Origin: Nitrospirota bacterium
GTDB lineage: Bacteria; Nitrospirota; UBA9217
Direction: 5' to 3'
Assembly (NCBI GenBank): GCA_963663225.1
Contig: OY760142.1
Coordinates: 1,216,001-1,280,000, forward strand
DNA: 64,000 bases
Numbering within the stretch: position 1 is the stretch's first letter; each line of letters starts with the position of its first letter. Below the pieces are notes generated by a model. It was not told the DNA's origin and did not search any database. It was given only the letters and a program-made list of their open reading frames with translations. The translations under genes and the position numbers were made by a program. This document shows, piece by piece, positions 1 to 9,136 of this stretch.

Positions 1-938
1 TCGCGAACATCGTCTCCCGTGAGCGCCTCCGCTCCGTTTTTAAGCAAGGCACTCGAAACAGCATAACTGTTCACCGTCCGGGTAAGCGCCGCCTTGAATC
101 CGACAAGATGAGTACCGCCTTCCTGGGTGTTGATGTTGTTCGCAAAGGAAAAAACCTGCTCCGCATAGCTGTCATTATACTGCAACGCTATTTCGACAAA
201 AATTCCGTCGCGTTCCTTGGAAAGAGAAATCGGTGCGGGATGCAACGGCGTCTTATTTTTATTCAAGTACTCGATAAACGAGGCGATGCCGCCTTCGTAA
301 AAAAAGGTCTGCTTTTTCCCGCTCCGCTCATCCTGAATGGAAATTTTCAATCCGCGGTTCAGGAACGCGAGCTCCCGCAAGCGCTGCGACAAAATATCAT
401 AGCTATACTCACGGTCTTCAAAAATCTGAAAATCCGGCTTGAAGGTAATCTTGGTACCCGTCGTGGAGGTTGAACCGGTTACCGCCAGCGGCGCCTGCGG
501 GTTGCCGCGTTCATATCGCTGCTGAAAGACACTGCCGTTTTGCTTGATTTCGAGTTCAAGCCACTCTGAAAGTGCATTCACGACCGACACACCGACGCCA
601 TGAAGCCCTCCGGAAACCTTATACACATCACCGTCGAATTTTCCTCCTGCATGCAGCACGGTGAGTGCAACCTCTGCCGCCGAGCGTTTCTGCGTGCTGT
701 GCATTTCTGTGGGGATGCCGCGCCCATCGTCGGTAACGGTAATGCTGTTGTCGACATGGATTATTACGTCGATATTTTTGCAAAAACCCGCCATCGCTTC
801 GTCTACGCTGTTGTCTACTATTTCATAGACGAGATGGTGCAATCCGACGCTTCCCGTGCTGCCGATATACATGGCAGGGCGTTTGCGGACGGCTTCGAGG
901 CCTTCAAGGACTTTTATACTGTCTGCTGTGTATTCCAT
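1..938 (-). CDS. gyrB: DNA gyrase subunit B (5' part; runs off left edge)
   Basis: Minus strand reads MEYTADSIKVLEGLEAVRKRPAMYIGS from ATG at 938, with GAGGAG RBS at 947-942. Not in the ORF track. Confidence 0.96.
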   Translation of the reverse strand, partial: MEYTADSIKVLEGLEAVRKRPAMYIGSTGSVGLHHLVYEIVDNSVDEAMAGFCKNIDVIIHVDNSITVTDDGRGIPTEMHSTQKRSAAEVALTVLHAGGKFDGDVYKVSGGLHGVGVSVVNALSEWLELEIKQNGSVFQQRYERGNPQAPLAVTGSTSTTGTKITFKPDFQIFEDREYSYDILSQRLRELAFLNRGLKISIQDERSGKKQTFFYEGGIASFIEYLNKNKTPLHPAPISLSKERDGIFVEIALQYNDSYAEQVFSFANNINTQEGGTHLVGFKAALTRTVNSYAVSSALLKNGAEALTGDDVR

Positions 939-949
939 CCACTCCTCAC

Positions 950-987
950 AAAAAGAGGGATTCACCCGCACGGTGCGGAAATCCCTC
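950..987 (-). terminator. Intrinsic-terminator-like hairpin directly upstream of the gyrB RBS
   Basis: GAGGGATT...AATCCCTC stem (955-987) enclosing CCGCAC/GTGCGG, followed on the minus strand by TTTTT and then the RBS. Confidence 0.55.
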
Positions 988-1200
988 AAAGCTTACCCCA
1001 GAAACACCGGAATATGAATGTGTTTCCCGCGCCGCAGGCATAACAAAGCTGGAGTGTCTGCTCTGCGATAAGGTGCGACACCTTCGCACGGTTTCTGCAA
1101 AGTAAAGAGAATGCTTATCTTCACTGCAGCTGCTTGCAAGGCCAAAACCTTGAAGTCTTCCAGCCTGAGCGTTCTGCATTCGTCTTTATGCTGTTTTATC

Positions 1201-2319
1201 CTACACTCTCATGGGCATGACAACACACTTGTAATGCTCATCGCCTTCTTCCATGATAAGGCAAGGGCTGAGCGCATCATTGAATTCGAGAGAAATCGTC
1301 TCCCGGTCGATGGCGGAAAGAGCATCGATCAAGTAGCGGGAATTAAAACCGATAATGATTCCTTCGTTTTTATAGTCTACCGCAAGCTCTTCGTTTGCTT
1401 CGCCCACTTCCGGATTGTTTGTGGAAAGGGCCAGCAGCCCTTTTTCGAGCTGCAATTTTACCGCATTGGTTTTCTCTTTTGACAAGATGGACACTCGTTT
1501 TACCGCATGAGCCAATTCTTCTTTCGGCACCGTAACTTTTTTTGTGCTCTTGACAGGCACGACCTGAAGATAATTAGGATAGTTTCCATCAATAAGTTTC
1601 GACACCATCACCAGGCCGTCTCGCTTGAACAACGCATGGTTTTTACTGAATCCGATCCGAAGCTCCGTATTTGGTGAATCTTCTTCAAGAAGCCTTCGAA
1701 GTTCCATCATGGTTTTTTTAGGAACAATAATGCTTTCTTCTTTATGCTTCGCATCGATTACCCGATCAACCATGGATAACCGGTGGCCATCCGTCCCGAC
1801 CATGCGGATGCTGAGGCCGGCCTTCGTTTGGGTCATATGCACGAAAAGGCCGTTCAATACGTACCGGGCATCGTTTTCACCCACCGCGTAAAGTGTTTTT
1901 TTGATCATGTCCCGCAGCGTATCGCCTTCGATGGCAATCATTCCTTCTTCCTCAACATCCGGAAGTGCGGGATAATCATCTTTTGGAAGCCCTACCAGTT
2001 TAAACTGAGAATGGCCGGATGCAATCTTTACCCAATTAGCATTACCTTCAACGTTTATTTGGATATCTTCCGCAGGAAGTTCTCGTACAATTTCGTACAT
2101 TTTTTTTGCGGAAACGGCCACCGCGCCCGCTTTTTCAACGTCCGCTGTATACCGGCCACGCAGCCCGATTTCCAGGTCGGTGGCGACAATCTCCACCCCG
2201 TTTTCATCTGCTGTGAGAAGCATATTCGAAAGAATCGGCATCGTATTTTTCTTTTCCACGATACCCTGAATTCTCTGCAATCCCTTCAGAATTTCTTCTT
2301 TCTTGATTTTTACTTTCAT
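1201..2319 (-). CDS. dnaN: DNA polymerase III beta clamp
   Basis: TDGHRL and VVMPMRV motifs. ATG at 2319 with GGAGG RBS; lies downstream of dnaA. Confidence 0.97.
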   Translation of the reverse strand: MKVKIKKEEILKGLQRIQGIVEKKNTMPILSNMLLTADENGVEIVATDLEIGLRGRYTADVEKAGAVAVSAKKMYEIVRELPAEDIQINVEGNANWVKIASGHSQFKLVGLPKDDYPALPDVEEEGMIAIEGDTLRDMIKKTLYAVGENDARYVLNGLFVHMTQTKAGLSIRMVGTDGHRLSMVDRVIDAKHKEESIIVPKKTMMELRRLLEEDSPNTELRIGFSKNHALFKRDGLVMVSKLIDGNYPNYLQVVPVKSTKKVTVPKEELAHAVKRVSILSKEKTNAVKLQLEKGLLALSTNNPEVGEANEELAVDYKNEGIIIGFNSRYLIDALSAIDRETISLEFNDALSPCLIMEEGDEHYKCVVMPMRV

Positions 2320-2405
2320 CAGGAAACCTCCTGTCACAGCGTATTGATCGTATCAGAGTTTAGATGAAATTGCAATACATTTTTTTGGATTATTTTTTTA
2401 TTTTT

Positions 2406-3734
2406 TCAAAGCTTTAGCTGTTTAATCAACAGTTCTATTTTTGCCTTCAGTTCCGGATCTTTTTCCTTTTTTTCCTCAATTACCTTGCACGCGTGAATAA
2501 CCGTGCTATGATCCTTGCCGCCAAAAAAGGCGCCCGTCTCCGGCAGCGATGCTCCGGTGATGCTGCGGCAAAGATACATCGCCACTTGGCGCGGCAGAAC
2601 AATCGCCTTTGTTCGTCTCTTTGATTTTAAGTCCGCTGTTTTTATCCCAAAGGCTTCCGCTACGACTTTCTGGACAATCTCTTTCGTGATAACCCGATCT
2701 CTGTTGTCGATGAGATATTTCAGTTCGTTTTTCGCAAGTTCCTGCGTTATTTCAGTATTTGTCAGGGAGGAAACCGCGCCAAGCTTGACGAGTCCGCCTT
2801 CAAGTTCGCGGATGTTGCTTTTCATGATGGAGGCAAGAAATTCCGCGACATCATCCGGAAGTCGAATGCCCCAGAAGTCAGCCTTTTTCTTAAGAATTGC
2901 AATGCGTGTCTCCAGATCCGGGGTCTGTATGTCAGAAATCAAGCCGGATTCAAACCGTGAACGGAGACGTTCTTCAATATCCGGAATTTCTTTGGGCTGG
3001 CGGTCGCTCGTCAGCACGATCTGCTTTTGCGCCTCGTAAAGCGCATTGAACGTATGAAAAAATTCTTCCTGGGTGCGTTCTTTGCCGGCAATAAACTGAA
3101 TATCGTCAATGAGGAGTATGTCCATATTCCGGTACTTCTGCCGAAACTCCTCCATTCGCTGATGACTCATGCGATTTATAAGCTCATTTGTGAATTGTTC
3201 TGAAGAAAGATAAGCTACTTTTGCGCGCGGTGACCGGCTCTGCACATGATGGCCGATGGCGCTGACCAAGTGTGTTTTGCCTAATCCCACTCCGCTGTAG
3301 ATAAACAGCGGATTATATGCTCTGCCCGGGGCATCTGCCACGGCTTTTGCTGCCGCATGTGCAAACTGATTGCTGGGACCGACAACGAAAGTACTGAAGG
3401 TATATTTCTTCTCAAAAAGGCCAATTTTTTCTTCCCGCGTGTTTTTTTGTTCTTCTTTCCCCGGACGTTCCGTTTTTTTAGCCTGTTGCGGCTGGACAAA
3501 AAAATCTATTTCGATGTTGTTGTGCTTTGTAACTTCCTGAATAACGTCTGTAAACGTTTCCCAATGGTGCTCTTTTATCCAGTCACGATGAAACTTGCTG
3601 GGCACCTCAATCTGAAGTTTGTTTCCTGTCATTGAGAGAAGCTTAGACTGGCTGAACCACGTATCGTAAACCTGCTTGGATATTCGGTTTTCTATCAGTA
3701 AAAGAATTTCTTCCCAAACCCGTTCGCGTTCCAT
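2406..3734 (-). CDS. dnaA: Chromosomal replication initiator DnaA
   Basis: YNPLFIYSGVGLGKTHL Walker A, LLIDDIQF, and KDHSTVIHA domain IV. Confidence 0.98.
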   Translation of the reverse strand: MERERVWEEILLLIENRISKQVYDTWFSQSKLLSMTGNKLQIEVPSKFHRDWIKEHHWETFTDVIQEVTKHNNIEIDFFVQPQQAKKTERPGKEEQKNTREEKIGLFEKKYTFSTFVVGPSNQFAHAAAKAVADAPGRAYNPLFIYSGVGLGKTHLVSAIGHHVQSRSPRAKVAYLSSEQFTNELINRMSHQRMEEFRQKYRNMDILLIDDIQFIAGKERTQEEFFHTFNALYEAQKQIVLTSDRQPKEIPDIEERLRSRFESGLISDIQTPDLETRIAILKKKADFWGIRLPDDVAEFLASIMKSNIRELEGGLVKLGAVSSLTNTEITQELAKNELKYLIDNRDRVITKEIVQKVVAEAFGIKTADLKSKRRTKAIVLPRQVAMYLCRSITGASLPETGAFFGGKDHSTVIHACKVIEEKKEKDPELKAKIELLIKQLKL

Positions 3735-3770
3735 AAAAGTCCTTTAAAAACACCTCAGTTACAAACATGC

Positions 3771-3779
3771 TTATCCACA
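3771..3779. promoter_or_regulatory. Perfect DnaA box upstream of dnaA
   Basis: TTATCCACA 37 bp upstream of the dnaA start, with an inverted degenerate box TGTTAATAA next to it (3782-3790). Confidence 0.8.
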
Positions 3780-4109
3780 GGTGTTAATAAACAATAAATT
3801 CTTTAATTTTCTGTAGGTTATTGGCTCGTTCGGAGGCTTCTTGTCCGATTTTAGGTACCACATTTTTGCAGGATTTTGCGTGTTCTTGGTAAACAATACA
3901 TAGCATGTATTTTGCATATTATTACTACGCAGGTACCAACATGACTTTTGACTATACCAGAACGTTATATTTCTGGCAAGCTTTTTTATCTGTGTTATTT
4001 TGAGCCTGATTAATTGCACTTTTTGCTCTCAATTTTGAGGAAAACAATTTTTACTTCTTTCTCTGGACATTATTTTTTTTTTATGATAAAAATAGCCTCG
4101 GTGTTAATT

Positions 4110-4430
4110 ATGCAGATACCTGATAACCTTAAATATGACGATAAGGGCTTAATTCCTGCCGTAATACAAGACTGGAAAACAGGAGATGTCCTTATGGTTG
4201 CATATATGAACGACGCTTCTTTGCGCAAAACCGTGGAGTCAAAACTGACGTGGTTCTGGAGCCGGTCCCGTCAAAAATTCTGGCAGAAGGGCGAAACATC
4301 CGGCAACATTCAGCGTGTAAAAGAAATTTTTTATGATTGTGATCTTGATACGCTTCTCATTAAAGTTGAACAAACTGGTCCTGCTTGCCATACCGGCCAA
4401 AGAAGCTGTTTTTATAGACGTTTCTCTTGA
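4110..4430 (+). CDS. hisI: Phosphoribosyl-AMP cyclohydrolase
   Basis: [20 protein letters not shown] and [10 protein letters not shown] motifs. Confidence 0.95.
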   Translation: MQIPDNLKYDDKGLIPAVIQDWKTGDVLMVAYMNDASLRKTVESKLTWFWSRSRQKFWQKGETSGNIQRVKEIFYDCDLDTLLIKVEQTGPACHTGQRSCFYRRFS

Positions 4431-4453
4431 TTTTTCTGGAGAAAAGTACAAAC

Positions 4454-4801
4454 ATGGATTCATCCTGCATCTTCTGTAATATTGTCGAAAAAAAAATTCC
4501 TGCCAAAATCGTTTATGAAGATGATTTTTCCTTAGCTTTTGAAGACGTTCATCCCCAAGCACCAACCCATATCCTTATTGTTCCCAAAAAACATATTATC
4601 GACATTCACAGTATGGTTGTTTCTGACCGGGAACTTATCGGCCACCTTTTTTTCGTCGCAAAATCTATTGCTGCGCAACAAGGACTCGATGAAGACGGGT
4701 ATCGTCTTGTCATTAATAACGGCAAAAATGCCGGTCAGTCTGTTTTTCATATCCACCTCCATCTTCTGTCTGGCCGCTGGTTTTCCTGGCCTCCCGGATA
4801 A
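4454..4801 (+). CDS. Histidine triad nucleotide-binding protein (HinT family)
   Basis: CIFC N-terminus, HIHLH triad and WPPG C-terminus. Confidence 0.93.
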   Translation: MDSSCIFCNIVEKKIPAKIVYEDDFSLAFEDVHPQAPTHILIVPKKHIIDIHSMVVSDRELIGHLFFVAKSIAAQQGLDEDGYRLVINNGKNAGQSVFHIHLHLLSGRWFSWPPG

Positions 4802-5080
4802 TAACATTCCGCTGTGGACTTTTCTGTAATAACCTGTTCGTAAATAGCACAAGGTCTTTATCAACAGTGTTATATACTCCTATACACAAACTGTTGTTCC
4901 TGTTTCTTGTTTTTCTTTTTTCCATCTTTTCAATTATTTTTTTTCGCTGTCAACATATTCACAGGACCTATTACTACTGCTACTATTTTATTTATTTATA
5001 ACAATAGTATTTCTTTCTGACAGCACATTGTTTCTATCCATCGCTCTCTTTCCTCACGAGTAAAAATGATCGTTATTTTA
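4802..5080. other. Probable replication origin oriC
   Basis: Degenerate DnaA boxes at 4858-4866 (TTATCAACA), 4880-4888 (CTATACACA) and tandem 4947-4963. These are followed by GGACC, DnaA-trio-like TATTACTACTGCTACTA (4969-4985) and an AT-rich tract. Confidence 0.8.
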
Positions 5081-5081
5081 C

Positions 5082-5109
5082 TTGACAATAAAAAGTTTTT
5101 GCTTATAAT
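5082..5109 (+). promoter_or_regulatory. Sigma70 promoter of the rpmH operon
   Basis: TTGACA-N16-TATAAT with perfect hexamers. Confidence 0.8.
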
Positions 5110-5144
5110 AACTCTCTATTTTATTATTTTAAGGAGTAGAAGCA

Positions 5145-5282
5145 ATGTCAGAAACCACAGCGCAAAAAAGCAATCTCAAGCAAAAAAGAGCTCAGGGATT
5201 CAGAAAAAGAATGAGCACGGCAGGTGGTAGAAAAGCGATCAATCGCCGGAGAGCAAAGGGCAGAAAACGTCTCGCCGTATAA
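5145..5282 (+). CDS. rpmH: 50S ribosomal protein L34
   Basis: 45 aa [54 protein letters not shown], upstream of rnpA. Too short for the ORF track. Confidence 0.93.
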   Translation: MSETTAQKSNLKQKRAQGFRKRMSTAGGRKAINRRRAKGRKRLAV

Positions 5283-5304
5283 GTTTTTCAGTAGGATAGC
5301 GTGC

Positions 5305-5643
5305 ATGCCGTATGCATACCGGAAAAGCGAGCGTTTAAGAAAAAATGCTGATTTTTCTTTTGTTATGAAAGGTAAAAGACTGTCTGTTGACGGTCTTTCT
5401 CTTTTTTGTGTCAAAAATACAGTTGGTAATTTTAGAATCGGTATTTCCGTCAGCAAAAAGCTGGCAAACGCAGTAAAACGAAATCGGTTGAAACGACAGA
5501 TCAGGGCGTGTATAACGCAGGCGCTTCACGGCCATACAAAGGGCTATGATGTTGTGTTTATTGCACGTTCTGATTTACTGACGGCTTCATACAAGCAGAT
5601 ATTACAAACGGTTGAACAAGTAGTACACAAAACAGTTCTTTGA
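5305..5643 (+). CDS. rnpA: Ribonuclease P protein component
   Basis: ERLRKNADF and RIGISVSKKLANAVKRNRLKR (RNR motif). Confidence 0.95.
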   Translation: MPYAYRKSERLRKNADFSFVMKGKRLSVDGLSLFCVKNTVGNFRIGISVSKKLANAVKRNRLKRQIRACITQALHGHTKGYDVVFIARSDLLTASYKQILQTVEQVVHKTVL

Positions 5644-5885
5644 TGAAAAAATTACTCGTGTTTACTTATGCATCCGTGAGAAAAATCATACTTTTCATTT
5701 TGAGGTCTTACAAGCGTTTTCTATCACCTTTTTTGCCGCCCGCATGCAGGTTCATTCCTACCTGTTCTGAGTATGCGATTGAGGCGTTCGAAAAAAAAGG
5801 CTTACTAACAGCTGTATGGCTGACGTTAGTACGCCTTGCTAAGTGCCATCCCTTTCATCCAGGCGGATACGATCCTGTACGTTAA
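5643..5885 (+). CDS. yidD: Membrane protein insertion efficiency factor
   Basis: CRFIPTCSEY and KCHPFHPGGYDPV motifs. Confidence 0.94.
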   Translation: MKKLLVFTYASVRKIILFILRSYKRFLSPFLPPACRFIPTCSEYAIEAFEKKGLLTAVWLTLVRLAKCHPFHPGGYDPVR

Positions 5886-5899
5886 TTTCCGGAGGATTC

Positions 5900-7597
5900 A
5901 TGGAACCCAAAATAGAAACAAAAAATCTATTTTTAGCGATAGCTCTTTCAGTAGTTGTTTTTGTGGTTTATTTGGTTTTTTTTGTTAAACCGCAGCAACC
6001 GACGGCACCCCAAGTTTCAGAAACGCCAAAACAGGAAAAGGTCCAAGTAAAACAAGAGCCGCCCAAAAAAGTGGAAAGTCCATCACCTGCGCCGGCAAGC
6101 ATTAAAACGGCTAAAGGGAAAGAAATCATCGTAGAGACGGATTTATTGAAAGCAATTATTAATACTGCAGGTGGTGTTATTACATCCTGGGAGTTGAAAG
6201 ACTATCGAGAGGCGGATAAGTCAGATGTGGGTTTAACTGCCATCTACAGGCAGGTAATGGGGCAGGCACGAAAAGAGATAAAAACAAAAAAAGAATTGGG
6301 GAATGTACTGCTTACTCCGGACAGAACACTGATTGATACTAAGGATATGGTGTACCCTTTGACAGTTCTTCCGCTTGATAAAACGCGTTTTTCGACTTCG
6401 CAATTTGTTTATCGCGCTAATGTGGAAAATACTGTCAGGCTCTCGAAAGAAAAACCGACAGAAACTATTGTTCTGATTTATCAAGGTCCTGCGGGCATCA
6501 TAATTGAGAAAAGCCTGACCTTTTACAATGCTGATTATAAGGTTGACGTCGGTATCAAAACCGCAGGAATAGATGGCTATACTCTCAGTCTAGGGACGGA
6601 TTTCGGATTAGCGGACAAGGTAAGTTCTGAGGCAAGTGATCGCGTTGGAATATCTGCGCAGACTGACGGAAAACTCGTTTCTGAGAAGATAGAAAAGATA
6701 AAGGGAGAGCAGCAGTATACAGGGATCATCGACTGGTTCGGACACGAGGATAAGTATTTTACGGCGACAATTCTGTATGGGAAGAAAGGCAACATAACCA
6801 GCAAAAAAACGACTGCTCCGCCGGAGATTGGTGACCTGATCACAACAGATCTCACTATTAAAGATAAGCCGGACGTACAAACGTTTACTCTTTTTGCCGG
6901 ACCAAAAAGTTTTTCCTTGCTTGCGGCACAGGGCCACGGTTTAGAGCAACTGGTAGACTATGGTTGGTTCAGCATTCTTGCGAAACCGATGTTCTGGCTT
7001 ATGCAGCGGTTTTATGATTTTACAAAAAACTACGGCATCGCCATTATTCTGCTCACCATTGTAGTAAGAGTTTTGCTGTTTTACCCCTCTCTCAAAAGTT
7101 CTCTTTCCATGGAAGAGATGAAGAAAATTCAGCCGCTCATGGCTGCGGTCAAGGAGCAATATAAAAAGGACCCAAAGCGCATGAACCAGGAGATGATGAA
7201 GTTATACAAAGACCACAAGGTCAATCCTCTCAGCGGTTGTCTGCCGATGCTATTGCAGTTTCCTTTCTTTATTGCACTCTATAATGTTCTTGCGGTGTCT
7301 ATAGAGCTGCGGCAAGCGCCGTTTATTGCTTTCTGGATCAAGGATCTTTCAGCGTACGATCCATACTATATTCTTCCCCTGCTTATGGGTTTGAGCATGA
7401 TCGTGATGATGAAAATGACCGCAACCTCGGATCCTCAGCAAACAAAAATCATGATGATTATGAATGTTGCGTTCATTATATTTTTTGCGTGGCTCCCGGC
7501 GGGACTTTTATTGTACATTACCATAAGCAACATACTGTCCATTGTACAGCAGATGTATGTACACCGAATCATAACAAAAAGAGAGGCAGCAGCGTAA
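5900..7597 (+). CDS. yidC: Membrane protein insertase YidC
   Basis: VDYGWF, NPLSGCLPMLLQFP and WIKDLSAYDPYYILP motifs; GGAGG RBS. Confidence 0.96.
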   Translation: MEPKIETKNLFLAIALSVVVFVVYLVFFVKPQQPTAPQVSETPKQEKVQVKQEPPKKVESPSPAPASIKTAKGKEIIVETDLLKAIINTAGGVITSWELKDYREADKSDVGLTAIYRQVMGQARKEIKTKKELGNVLLTPDRTLIDTKDMVYPLTVLPLDKTRFSTSQFVYRANVENTVRLSKEKPTETIVLIYQGPAGIIIEKSLTFYNADYKVDVGIKTAGIDGYTLSLGTDFGLADKVSSEASDRVGISAQTDGKLVSEKIEKIKGEQQYTGIIDWFGHEDKYFTATILYGKKGNITSKKTTAPPEIGDLITTDLTIKDKPDVQTFTLFAGPKSFSLLAAQGHGLEQLVDYGWFSILAKPMFWLMQRFYDFTKNYGIAIILLTIVVRVLLFYPSLKSSLSMEEMKKIQPLMAAVKEQYKKDPKRMNQEMMKLYKDHKVNPLSGCLPMLLQFPFFIALYNVLAVSIELRQAPFIAFWIKDLSAYDPYYILPLLMGLSMIVMMKMTATSDPQQTKIMMIMNVAFIIFFAWLPAGLLLYITISNILSIVQQMYVHRIITKREAAA

Positions 7598-7611
7598 TAA
7601 TTCTACTGCGC

Positions 7612-8019
7612 TTATTCACGCACCAGGGCTTTTATTTCGAACGAAGGCGGGTGCAAAATAGTTTTTTTAACTGTGCACTGGTCAGCCACTTTTATTAAAG
7701 CATGGTGATATTTCGCAGGAAAATCTTTTGGAACATTAATCGTAATAATAATTTTATCGAGCTGCGTCTTGCCGTCTTCCTTTTTTTTGTGTTCAACCCG
7801 TTGCGTGAGCGTTAGGTTTTCCGTCGGAATGTTTCGCTCTTGGCAGAAACTCAGAACGTAGATTCCTGCGCACGTCCCCAGGGAAGCAAGAAAGTGTATA
7901 AAGGGACTAGGAGCTGTTCCTTCTCCTCCGTCTTTTACTGGTTGATCCGTTTTAATAATCATCCCGTTAATCTCTGCATTCACCTTTTTCCCACCGGGAA
8001 AGGTTACGATGATTTCCAT
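7612..8019 (-). CDS. OsmC/YhfA-like protein
   Basis: TDQP..GG.G.APSP, ASLGTCAG and DQCTVKK two-Cys pattern. Confidence 0.85.
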   Translation of the reverse strand: MEIIVTFPGGKKVNAEINGMIIKTDQPVKDGGEGTAPSPFIHFLASLGTCAGIYVLSFCQERNIPTENLTLTQRVEHKKKEDGKTQLDKIIITINVPKDFPAKYHHALIKVADQCTVKKTILHPPSFEIKALVRE

Positions 8020-8129
8020 TGAATCCTCCTTCTTCTTTTTTGCTCGAATACGTTTTTTACTTGCTCTTTACGCCGTAGTATTTCTAGTATATAATAATTT
8101 ACCGATCATCGTGCAGGAGTAGCGGCGAA

Positions 8130-8876
8130 ATGTATAAAACAATCCTTTTGTTTTGTTGTCTGTTGATCCTGTCCTCCTGTTCCACAAAAAAATCGAGCAC
8201 AACCGGGCAATCAGACACGCCGGCAGGCACAAAAGCAACGCAAAGACCGTATACCGTATTTGGGCAGCGCTATGAACCGCTTCAAACGCATGAACGGTTT
8301 GTACAAACCGGGATGGCCAGCTGGTATGGAAAGGATTTTCACGGAAAAAAGACCAGTAATGGCGAAAAATATGATATGTATGCACAAACGGCCGCGCATA
8401 AAACGCTTCCTTTGGGAGTATATGTCAGAGTTTACAATATAAATAACCGCCGCGAAACAGTCGTGCGGATAAATGACCGTGGTCCCTTTGTAAAGGGAAG
8501 AATTATTGACTTATCGTATGCAGCGGCAAAGACCCTTGGAGTTGACATCGCGGGGACGGCTTTTGTCAGAATTGAAGCGTTAGGGTATCGGCAGACTGAT
8601 GTTGCAGATACTGCTTCCATCAAACAACCTGTTTATAATCAGGGAACTTTTACCGTTCAGGTTGGTTCATTCAAGGAGCAGGCAAACGCGCAGCGATTAT
8701 CGGGTGAAATGAAAAAACGCTTCGGCTTTTCAGATATCCGCCTTACCGATGTAAAAGGGGAACTTTTTTACCGCGTTTATGCCGGGCGATATACTACACT
8801 GGAATCTGCCGAGCAGGCAGAGGAAAAATTTACAGAGCTGGGATACGCAGGCAGTTTTGTCGTATCGCTTGACTGA
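8130..8876 (+). CDS. rlpA: Septal ring lytic transglycosylase RlpA (DPBB + SPOR) lipoprotein
   Basis: Lipobox LSSC; ASWYG, TAAHKTLP and INDRGPF motifs; C-terminal VQVGSF SPOR domain. Confidence 0.92.
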   Translation: MYKTILLFCCLLILSSCSTKKSSTTGQSDTPAGTKATQRPYTVFGQRYEPLQTHERFVQTGMASWYGKDFHGKKTSNGEKYDMYAQTAAHKTLPLGVYVRVYNINNRRETVVRINDRGPFVKGRIIDLSYAAAKTLGVDIAGTAFVRIEALGYRQTDVADTASIKQPVYNQGTFTVQVGSFKEQANAQRLSGEMKKRFGFSDIRLTDVKGELFYRVYAGRYTTLESAEQAEEKFTELGYAGSFVVSLD

Positions 8877-8882
8877 TATCGT

Positions 8883-9056
8883 TTAATCGAGCGGCATAGG
8901 ATTGCAGATATTTTTACTTGAGTCTGCAACCCGGCCGCAGTTAAAACAGATAAATTTCGGATTCTTTGTAAGTTTTTTTATTTCCTCAAAAAGACCTTTG
9001 GTTGCCAGAATGCACAAATGGCAGGAATGGTCTCCGCTGCATGTGTTTTTCACCAT
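8883..9056 (-). CDS. Small Cys/His-rich putative metal-binding protein (57 aa)
   Basis: CSGDHSCHLC ... CFNCGRVA...ICNP; GGGAGGG RBS before ATG at 9056. Confidence 0.7.
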   Translation of the reverse strand: MVKNTCSGDHSCHLCILATKGLFEEIKKLTKNPKFICFNCGRVADSSKNICNPMPLD

Positions 9057-9136
9057 GTCGCCCTCCCTCGTATCAGCATGCACACCACAGTATTTAAATT
9101 ATAGCGGACTTCTCGGGTCTGTTGCCGCGGATGTGA

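Noticed and set aside
108-1482. Plus-strand ORFs 108-473, 600-1043, 1111-1482 and minus ORF 946-1179
   Set aside because: The plus ORFs are antisense shadows of gyrB and dnaN. The minus ORF has no RBS or recognisable motif and overlies RNA-like hairpins.
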